From: Octopus vulgaris
Taxonomy: Eukaryota
Direction: 5' to 3'
NCBI GenBank assembly: GCA_951406725.2
Contig: OX597814.1
Location: 190,588,001-190,652,000 of the forward strand
DNA: 64,000 bases
Shown here: in pieces, positions 1 to 9,098 of the stretch
How the letters are laid out: every line of letters begins with the position of its first letter
Numbering within the stretch: the stretch's first letter is position 1
Translations under genes and position numbers: made by a program
The notes under the pieces: generated by a model
What the model saw: only the letters and a program-made list of their open reading frames with translations
What the model was told of the DNA's origin: nothing
The model's database searches: none

Positions 1-39
1 CTTACCATACAGCCATTCCTGTGCCTAATAATAGTAATA

Positions 40-194
40 TTAATAAAAGCGAAATTCTGTCTGTCTGGGACCCCTCTATCTCAGTCTACATTTGTTCTAC
101 ATAGACATATTATACCTTTTTGGAATCAGGATGGTGCCAGGATTGAAAATCTGTCCATTTGGTTCTTGAACATCCACCATTGGGATCTGATTTT
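40..194. repeat. Dispersed ~155 bp repeat (second copy ~19420-19575), resembles a non-autonomous Helitron 5' end
   Basis: Two similar copies (taataaa...gaaattctgtctg...catccaccattgggatctgattt). The Helitron assignment is by recall only. Confidence 0.45.
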
Positions 195-246
195 ACCGGC
201 ACGGAAGCCAGTTTGCTGCTCTGGCAACGATCACACTCGGATGGTG

Positions 247-277
<31 letters not shown>

Positions 278-279
<2 letters not shown>

Positions 280-975
280 ATCATCATCATCATCATCATC
301 ATCGTTTAATGTCCGTTCTCCATGCTAGCATGGGTTGGACGGTTCGACCGGGGATCTGGGAAGCCAGAAGGCTGCACCAGGCTCCAGTCTTATCTGGCAA
401 TGTTTCTACAGCTGGATGCCCTTCCTAACGCCAACCACTCCATGAGTGTAGTGGGTGCTTTTTACGTGCCACCTGCACAGGTGCCAGGCGAGGCTGGCAA
501 CGGCCACGGTCGGATTGGTGTATTTTATGTGCCACCGGCACGGAAGCCAGTCGAGGCGGTGCTGGCATCGGCCACGAGTCGGATAGTGCTTTTTACGTAC
601 CACCAGACCAGGGATCCTGGCTGGTTCAATTCGATTTCGATTTCGCTTGCCCCAACATGTCTTCGCAAGCAAAGGGGGTTGTCATGGGTGCCTGTCGTAC
701 GGTCGGATTGGTGTATTTTACGTGCCACCGGCACGGAAGCCAGTGGAGACGGCGCTGGCATCGGCCACGAGTCGGATAGTGCTATTTACGTACCACCAGA
801 CCAGGGATCCTGGCTGGTTCAATTCGATTTCGCTTTCGCTTGCCCCAACATGTCTTCGCAAGCAAAGGGGGTTGGCATGGGTGCCTGTCGTCGGATAAGG
901 TTCTATATCAACTTCGTTTGCCTCAACAGGTCTTTGTGTCCAAGGGAGGAAAGGCATTCATAAGTGGGCTGGGCT
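278..975 (-). mobile_element. SINE-like family C with (GAT)n tail and internal GGTGCTTTTTACGTGCCACCGGCAC modules
   Basis: Shared core ggttggcgttaggaagggcatccagctgtagaaac and tail ggacgttaaacgatgatgatg. Other copies ~10350-10720+, 14320-14718+, 17895-18210+, 20390-20825+, 22475-22680-, 23305-23690-, 43446-43835-, 45433-45602-, 49960-50350+, 53405-53790+, 57285-57535-, 58413-58815-, 62297-62515+. Confidence 0.8.
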
Positions 976-1512
976 CTTTTATGTTGAATAAAAACAAGGT
1001 TACTCAATACATTTGGTAAAGTGCAAATTTATCATTCCTCAATGATAATAGTATTGACAGTAACTTCAAAGTCTCAGCAAGCTTACACACACACACACAC
1101 ACACACAACCTCTTTCACAAGTTTATTTCCTGTCTACAGACATGTGCAAAGTTCTGTTTTTGTGCAAGACTAATAAGTTACATATGCAAGCCTCCTCTCC
1201 TCTTCCTAAGCCAATAACAATGCCTAAGGGACAGGCATCAGTGCCATTACCTATGAACTTCGAACATAAAGAGTTGGAAAAACAGAAGGCACTGATAATC
1301 CACTGTTCTGAATTGTACTTTACTTTTATCTTAACTTCTGAAGGATAAAGGTTAAGTTGGCCTTGATAGAATTTCAATGTAAAAAGCAGAAGAAATACGA
1401 GGCAAAGCATTTAGTCCAGAACTCTAATGATTCACCATTGAAGATAATCCATTTCAACAATATAAGTAGTTTCTTCTTCCATTATTCTCACACTTTAACA
1501 TAGATATTTACA

Positions 1513-1585
1513 TTCAAAATGGCTCAATGGATAAGGCACTGGCCTCCTAAGCCGGAGATTGTGGCTTCGAGTCCCATCAGAGGTA
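1513..1585 (+). pseudogene. tRNA-Arg(CCT) pseudogene
   Basis: tggctcaatggataaggcactggcctcctaagccggagattgtggcttcgagtcccatcagaggta: D arm, CCT anticodon arm and T loop match eukaryotic tRNA-Arg(CCT). The 5' acceptor strand (ttcaaaa) does not pair with cagaggt and the T stem has a C-C mismatch. Confidence 0.75.
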
Positions 1586-1604
1586 GATTCTTCATTTTCA
1601 TATT

Positions 1605-1831
1605 AGGCATAGGAGTGGCTGTGTGGTAAGTAGCTTGCTTACAAACCACATGGTTCCAGGTTCAGTCCCACTGTGTGGCACCTTAGGCAAGTGTCTTCTG
1701 CTATAGCCTTGGGCCGACCAAAGCTTTGTGAGTGGATTTGGTAGACGGAAAATGAAAGAAGCCCCGGGCCAATCAAAGCCTTGTGAATGGATTTGGTAGA
1801 CGGAATCTGAAAGAAGCCTGTCATATATATT

Positions 1832-1870
<39 letters not shown>

Positions 1871-2070
1871 ATCTGTGTTTGTTCCCCCAACATCGCTTGA
1901 CAACCGATGCTGGTGTGTTTACATCCCCGTAACTTAGCGGTTCAGCAAAAGAGACTGATAGAATAAGTACTAGGCTTACAAAGAATAAGTCCTGAGGTTG
2001 ATTTGATTGACTAAAGGCAGTGCACCAGCAAGGCCACAGTCAAATGACTGAAACAATTAAGAGAGAGAGA
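1605..2070 (+). mobile_element. tRNA-headed SINE family A (CORE-like segment, internal (TA)n(TG)n)
   Basis: A/B-box-like head tggctgtgtggtaag...ggttcagtccc, then ccttgggcaagtg. Copies ~16088-16735+, 16797-17225-, 44325-44965+, 54510-54920-, 59525-59937-, 63832-64000+ and many fragments. Confidence 0.85.
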
Positions 2071-2237
2071 ATATAGAATGGAATTTTTCAAAATGTTTCA
2101 TAGAATGGAATTCCATTCCTGATATTAATTCAGATGTTACTAATTCAACTAAATAAAGTGAATAATACCAGTGGGACATTATTGATACAATCTCTTGATT
2201 ATTCAATTCTTACATTTATGGCATAAGTGAAAAAAAT

Positions 2238-2440
2238 ATTTCGTTTTTGGATTTGGTTTGCAAGATTCTTTATGTGAGTTTGTGTGTTCAAACATATTCT
2301 CTTGTGTCTAGGGAGAGTCATTTTCTTTTTGTGCCTTATAATTTAACAAACACACTCACCGGTAAAATTTCCACTTATTTCTTATTTTTATTTTCCTAAA
2401 ATTTTCGTTGCGTCTTGCAACCTTTTCAATAGTCTTGACT
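2238..2440 (-). mobile_element. Dispersed repeat carrying a minimal hammerhead-like motif (Penelope-like terminal repeat relic); second copy ~17490-17722
   Basis: Two similar copies; hammerhead-like fold at 2396-2432; second copy has an inverted terminal fragment. Confidence 0.55.
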
Positions 2441-2999
2441 CTGTCATACATTCAATTATAAATATTCTCAAACCTTTTTCTCTTACCTAGAACATTTTGA
2501 AGCACTTGTTTCAGTCATTGGGCTGCAGCCACAGCAGGGCACTGCCTTGGAGGTTTTAGTGAAACAAATCAGCACCAGTGTATATTCTTCTTTAGGTCTG
2601 GCACTTATTTTATTGGTCTCTTTTGCCAACCTTCTAATTTACAGGGATGTAAACAAACCAATACTGGTTGTCAAGACGTGGCAGGTGACAAACACACTCA
2701 CAAACATATATATATATATCATCATTTAAAGACCACTTTCCATGCTGGCATGGCTTGATGGTTTGATAGGAGCTGGCAGGCTGCACCAGGTTCCGACTGT
2801 CTGTTTTAGCATGGTTTGTATGGCTGGATGCTCTTCCTAACACCAACCATTTTACTGAGTGTACTGGGTGCTTTTATACACCACTCGCATGGGTACTTTT
2901 TTCTGTAGCACCAGCACATACATGGAACCAGAACAGGTCCTCTCTATGTGGCACTGGCACAAGTGCTCTCCATGGGGTACAGGCACATTTTACATGACA

Positions 3000-3047
<48 letters not shown>

Positions 3048-3051
<4 letters not shown>

Positions 3052-3240
3052 AGAGTTTACGAAAAAAACAAAAGACAAAGACAGGTGGTATACAAAACAA
3101 ACAGATGTATTAGTATAATGCTCAGGAATAGAAAAAGTTTTTTATGTTTCGAGCCTACGCTCTTCTACAGAAAGGGACACAGGAAAAAACAAGGTGAGAA
3201 ACAAGGAGAGAAAAAAAATGTGTGTAGTGGCTAACGATCT
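3048..3240 (-). mobile_element. Penelope-like terminal repeat relic with hammerhead-like motif; related copy ~30008-30140
   Basis: cttt CTGTAGA a gagc gtag gctc GAAAC ata aaa; flanked by (TA)n. Confidence 0.5.
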
Positions 3241-3277
<37 letters not shown>

Positions 3278-4114
3278 CAGTCAGACAGATAGGTGTGTGT
3301 GTGTGTAGGTGATACATTTCCACGCAGTTTTTGTTACTTACAAGGCACTGGTTGGCCCAAGGTTATAGAAGACACTTGCTTGAAGTACGCATCATGAAAT
3401 GGAACCAGAAACCACATGGTTGCGAAGTGAGCTTCTTAACCACACAGCCATGTTTGAGTCTTTTTTTTTTTATTCTGTCCTTTTTTTTAAAAAAACAAAT
3501 AGTTGAATAACACACAATACAGATCTCCCTGTAGCTGAAGCTGATTAACACCATTTTTCTTTCCCTCTTTCTTTTTTTAATTTTTTATTATTATGTGTTC
3601 AGTTCCCCTAATTATTAGTAGCCTCTAGCTCAAGGGTAGATTACATCTGCCATAACTTTGTCAAAGCTTGTAACAAAATTCATTACAATCTACTTTATAA
3701 TCACAAACCAAGAAAACAGGAAAGTTGAGTTTGGCTTGTATATTTCCAGAAAAGAGTATCAGCCGGAACCTTTTTGTAAATTTACTAACATGTTTGTTTG
3801 TTTGTTTTTTTTTAACGTATAGTTACTGTAGAAAGGGCAGCTTTCATGACAGTTTTCAGGGTCCTTTGTGAATGGTGGGAGAGGAAGAGACAGAAAGGAA
3901 ACTACCCTAAGAACAGAGAACTGGCCCAAATGCTTGCAACAGGCTGGGCTGTATATCAGCAAAGAGCAAGGCAATGTTGTTAAATTTGGTGGTAGATTAA
4001 ATCTATCAACCAAAACAGGAACGGTTCTTTCAAAAGGCTTCTGCACAGTTTCCATCTACCAAGTTTCATTCATACAGCCTTGATTAATCCAAAGTTATGG
4101 TAGAAGACATGAGC

Positions 4115-4482
4115 ACCTTTTCAAACTCCACCTGTCTAATACCCAAGGACATGCTTACAAAATCAGAAAACAACACAGCTCCCATGACTTTCGGAAACAT
4201 TTTTTCACGCTAAGAGTCGCTCAAGCATGGAACAAACTGCCAGCATCAGTTGTTAGTTGTCGGAGCAGTGCATCCTTCAAAACTTCCATGCTTCCTGAGA
4301 TTCGCCAACACTACACCTGATTTTCTCCCCTCCATACACACACAAGCATGTATCTGACTCATACACTGTTTGCTTTCCAGACATTTGTACATTACTGCAT
4401 ATGCTTTATACGCACTTTTGACAAGTTGTGATGCACCTGAGCACTGTATACAATAATTTCGTTATTATTATTATTATTATTT
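4115..4482 (+). mobile_element. CR1/L2-group LINE 3' end
   Basis: Decayed ORF2 C-terminus GHAYKIRKQHSSHDFRKHFF...[10 protein letters not shown]...SFK followed by (ATT)n. Related pieces ~9920-10110-, 10895-11100+, 45690-45850-. Confidence 0.75.
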
Positions 4483-5154
4483 TTAACCCAAGGCACTGCA
4501 CTGTGAGAGTCAAACTTGGAACCATGTAGCTGTGAAGTGGACTTTTTAAGCACACTGCAGTATCTATATCCAGTTACGTCATAGACATAACAGCTACAGA
4601 AAATCATGATAAGACCCTTCTATTTGGCAACTTTATTTTTCCCTTCACAGTGCAGTCAGATTTCTAGCAATTCAGAAATAATTTTGAAATAGCTGTCCAT
4701 CAAATGAGGCACAAGTGTGGATGCATAATACATCTTTTATCTTCTGTCTTTTACCCATTCCAGTCATTAGGCTGCAACCATGCTGAAGCACCACCTTGAA
4801 AACCTTTACGTCAAATTCTTCTCTTTTTAACCAGCTACTTATTCTATCAGTCTCTTTTGAGAGACAAACACAGACACAAACACACACGCATATATATATA
4901 TATATTATCAATAATAATAAAGGGTAAAATTAATTAATTAATTAGCAATTAATAATTCTACCAAGTAGTGTTCAGCATGTTAAAAAGACCATTTACGGTA
5001 AACTTAAACAGTACTTTATATAATTATGAATACATTGCCTGGGAGATTCTTCTTATAGTGGAAGAAATAGCCAAGTTCTTTGGCTGCTATTTCTAAAAGT
5101 TCGGTATGTGGCAAAGCAAATTTTTTTGCTGAACCCTAATTATAATTAGATTCA

Positions 5155-5195
<41 letters not shown>

Positions 5196-6263
5196 CAGGC
5201 TTCTTTCAATTTCCATTTACCAAATCCACTCAAAAGGCTTTGATCGACATGAAGCCATAGACTGAACCCGGAACCAGGTGGTTGGGAAGCAAGCTTGTCA
5301 CCACAAAGCCACAGTGTTAATGTGCATGAGTGTGTGCGTGTCTTTGTTTGTCCCAGTCTACTGCTTGACAACAGATGTTGGTTTGTTTACACCCTCATAA
5401 CTCAGTGGAACAACAGCAAAAGAGACCAACAGAATTAAGTACCAGACTTAAAAATAGATACTTGGGTTGATGTCTTCACCTAAACCCTTTCAAGGCAGTG
5501 CACCAGCATAGCTGCAGTCCAACGATTGAGACAAATAAAATACACACACATACATACATACACATGCATATACACAAACTGTGCGCGACAGCAAAAGAGG
5601 TAGACCTCAACATTGTTGGAAATAGAGGACCATAATTATTGAATGATACAGTTATGAAGATTCACATACAGCACTTCAAGTTTCCATGTCAATGATATGA
5701 TGACCACCACACTTCTTAAGCACCATCAAAGTAACTGATGGCTCTATAGGCACTAGACCTGTGACAGTTGAGGAAGAACAGAAACTTGAAGTCTTGTAAG
5801 TGAGTCTCTGTAACTATATCATACACACAAACACACATATACACTACTGAACAGAAAAGAAAACTTTCAAAACTGGGAAATATGATTGAGTTTGAGACTA
5901 TATTTAAATACCTTGTGCTTGTAAAGATCTCCTGATCAGTCACCTGTGGCTATTTTAACCAGACAGGAGAAGCTAGCTTTTGAATATACAAACAATAAAC
6001 TTATAACAAACCAGTAGAGCAATGGACCATTAAAACCTTATCTGTGAAATTTAAATTAATTTTAAAGAATAGTTGTGCTATATGCTTAGAGACCTAAACC
6101 CTCAAACATAAGTTTAATCCCACTGCAGATACTGATGTTATTTAATGCAAACCATGTTCAAAGGCTTTCCAGCTATGACTGTCCTGTCTTTACTACGAGT
6201 ATATTCTATTATTCTAGTATATTCTATTATTCTACAGACTGTGGTCATGCTGAAGCAGTGCTG

Positions 6264-6867
6264 TTACAAAATTTAGTACAACCCCATAGTTGTAGGCCCT
6301 GGGAAAGATTGAACCTTGTTCCAGGAAGTTCCATGTTGCTGTCTAAACAAGTTTTTTACTCACATAAATACCAAGACAACAACAATAATGTACTTGGAAA
6401 CAATCCATACAGTCTCTTCTGCCTTTCTTTAAGACTATGTATGATTGAAGTAGATTTATTTGGTCTCTCTAGCAGATAAAGTAACTGCATGAAGATTTAC
6501 TCACTGGTACCACTCATAGTCTAAAATTTTATTTGAACATAATCTATTTACACAACTTAGTTTGCCATTACAAAATTTAGTACAACCCCATAGTTGTAGG
6601 CCTTGGGAAAGATCGAACCTTGTTCCAGGAAGTTCCATGCTGCTGTCTACACAAGTTTTTTACCCATAAAACTACCAAAGCAACAACGATAATGTACTTA
6701 GAAACAATCCATACAGTCTCTACTGCCTTTCTTTAAGACTAAGTATGATTAGAAGTAGATTTATTTGGTCTCTCTAGCAGATAAAGTAACTGCATGAAGA
6801 TTTACTCACTGGTACCACTTGTAGTCTAAAATTTTATTTGAACATAATCTATTTACACAACTTAGTT
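6264..6867. repeat. Tandem duplication of ~300 bp unique sequence
   Basis: 6264-6562 and 6568-6867, scattered substitutions. Confidence 0.92.
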
Positions 6868-7477
6868 CATTGTCTGACAGGTAGCTAAAACTATGTATTA
6901 CATTAAATTCATAACTGAAATATCACAAAGGTATTTTAGTTGTATTTATACAAACACACCCATAAACATAGGCATATGTTATTTGTTTACAAAAATCCCT
7001 AAGCCACCAGAATCTTTAAAACAAACAAAACGAGTATATATAATCTGGTATATCTACTGATTCTAAAAGAAAAAAACAGAGTAAAAATAAAACTTCAAAT
7101 TACTTATTTGTACTTTGAGAAACATTAACATGTTCACATTGTAAAGGGAGTAAAATATGTCAGCATGAAAACATGTTTTGAACAATAAAAAAATTGCCTG
7201 AACAAAAGAAATATGAAGAAAAAAACGTTTGATATGCATTGAATGAAACACATGTAGCCAATGGAGATAACTTTTCTTTCTTTCCAGTGTCAAACTTTTA
7301 TAAGGGGGTGTGTGTGTGCATGTGAGTGTATATATGCATGTACATGTGTCAGGCGCAGGAGTGGTTGTGTGGTAAGCAGCTTGCTTACCAACCACACGGT
7401 TTCCCAGTTTAGTCCCACTGTGTGGCACCTTGGATAAGCTGGTGCTCCAGCTTGGCTGCAGTCAAATGACTGAAACA

Positions 7478-7505
7478 ATATATATATATATATGTTTATA
7501 TATAT

Positions 7506-7580
<75 letters not shown>

Positions 7581-7607
7581 ATATATATGTGAGTGTGTGT
7601 ATATATA

Positions 7608-7650
<43 letters not shown>

Positions 7651-7687
7651 ATATATATATATATATGTGTGTGTGTGTATATATATA

Positions 7688-7768
<81 letters not shown>

Positions 7769-7777
7769 ACACACACA
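7478..7777. repeat. Compound (TA)n/(TG)n/(AG)n/(AC)n microsatellite
   Basis: Directly visible; source of the YI-repeat ORFs. Confidence 0.95.
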
Positions 7778-7895
7778 AAAACTTAACATTTTTCACTCTA
7801 GTAAAGTGAGAAAAAGATAAAAAATTATAAAAAAGAAAAGAAGGAAAGAAAAGAAAATAGGCTAGATATTAATTAACTTTTTTTTAAATACCTAC

Positions 7896-8025
7896 CTTAA
7901 ATTCACAGTGGTCTCCAGTGTATTCGTTAGTACAGGTACAGTTGTAGCCGGCTACAAGATCATTGCAGGTACCATTGTTTATGCAGGCAGTATTGTTAGC
8001 ACAGTCATCAATATTATTTTCACAT
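7896..8025 (-). CDS. crb: crumbs exon 19, cb[46 protein letters not shown]
   Basis: cag/gtaggt, 130 nt, phase 2-0; completes the EGF left open by exon 18. Confidence 0.9.
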
Positions 8026-9063
8026 CTGCAGACAGTGACGAAAGCCATTAGAATTAGAATAATCATGAAAATACTTTTTCTACAGATAATTTTGTAGGGA
8101 TATCCATCCGTATATGATAGATCAACCCTAGCCATTTCTTTAAACAATACTCCCAGTTAAAGTAGATATCGGGATGACAGTCAGCAGTTGGCATGACTAT
8201 AGCGTGTTTCCTGGAGACTATCCATATTTCTAGATCATCATCTTGGGTAGAGGGGAAAGAAGTTTTGGTTTTAGATTCCTGTTTTTGCTTGTTTTTGTTT
8301 TACCAACTTCTTCCACCGCCAAACTTTTTACAAAACCATCAGATTTGCTTGGCTACAAGTACTAATGCTTACAAATCAGTGTGGGCTTCCCACACCTTAA
8401 TAGGATGAAATAAATCTGTCAGGTGGTCACAGGTGAAGTTACCAGCCAGCCACCCAACCAGCCAGCTAACTAGTCAGTCAGTCAGTCAGTCGGGCAGGTA
8501 GGCAGACAGACAGGCAGAAACAGCAGCAGCAGTCACACAAGGCCGAAAACTTCAAAAATAGCAAGGATTGTGAAGTCTAAGGAGGCAAGTGGTATATTTT
8601 AAAGCCTGTAGCAGCAAGCAGCACCTGTTATGGCATAAGTCAGGTTTAGGAAAGATGTCATGTACAATAAGGCATAACAGTCCATTGTTCTGAGACAGTT
8701 GTCAGGAGAGAAGAGAAAACCAGCTTCTAAATTACTCACAGTCGAAAATTAAAACACTGTAAGACACAGAGATATAATTCTTGGACAGAAAAATTTTTTA
8801 TGACAAAATATAAAGTAAAGGAAGTTATTATGAAAGTGTTACAGGCCTCTTACTACAGGTAAAAATAACATACAATAAGGGCAAATGGAGGGAGGGGGCT
8901 ATTAAGCTAATACTGACATACTACAGGTGGAACAGCTAGAACAGGCTTGTCTCAGTCAGTGACCTATTTGTGAATGTGTTCATTCACTTCAAGACCTCAC
9001 ATACACCCACACCTCTTCTTTTTATCCTGCCTGTTAACCTTGCAACTCTGTGGCAATCAATAC

Positions 9064-9098
<35 letters not shown>

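Noticed and set aside
322-963. 213-aa ORF and recurring [13 protein letters not shown] ORFs
   Set aside because: Chance frames in SINE family C, broken at different places in each copy
3759-4055. Cys-containing minus ORF as the next crumbs exon
   Set aside because: No EGF cysteine spacing, TM segment or ERLI tail. I found no further convincing exon in 1-7895.
7290-7820. ORFs of YI/TH/ER dipeptides (also 52223-53277 and others)
   Set aside because: Translations of microsatellites
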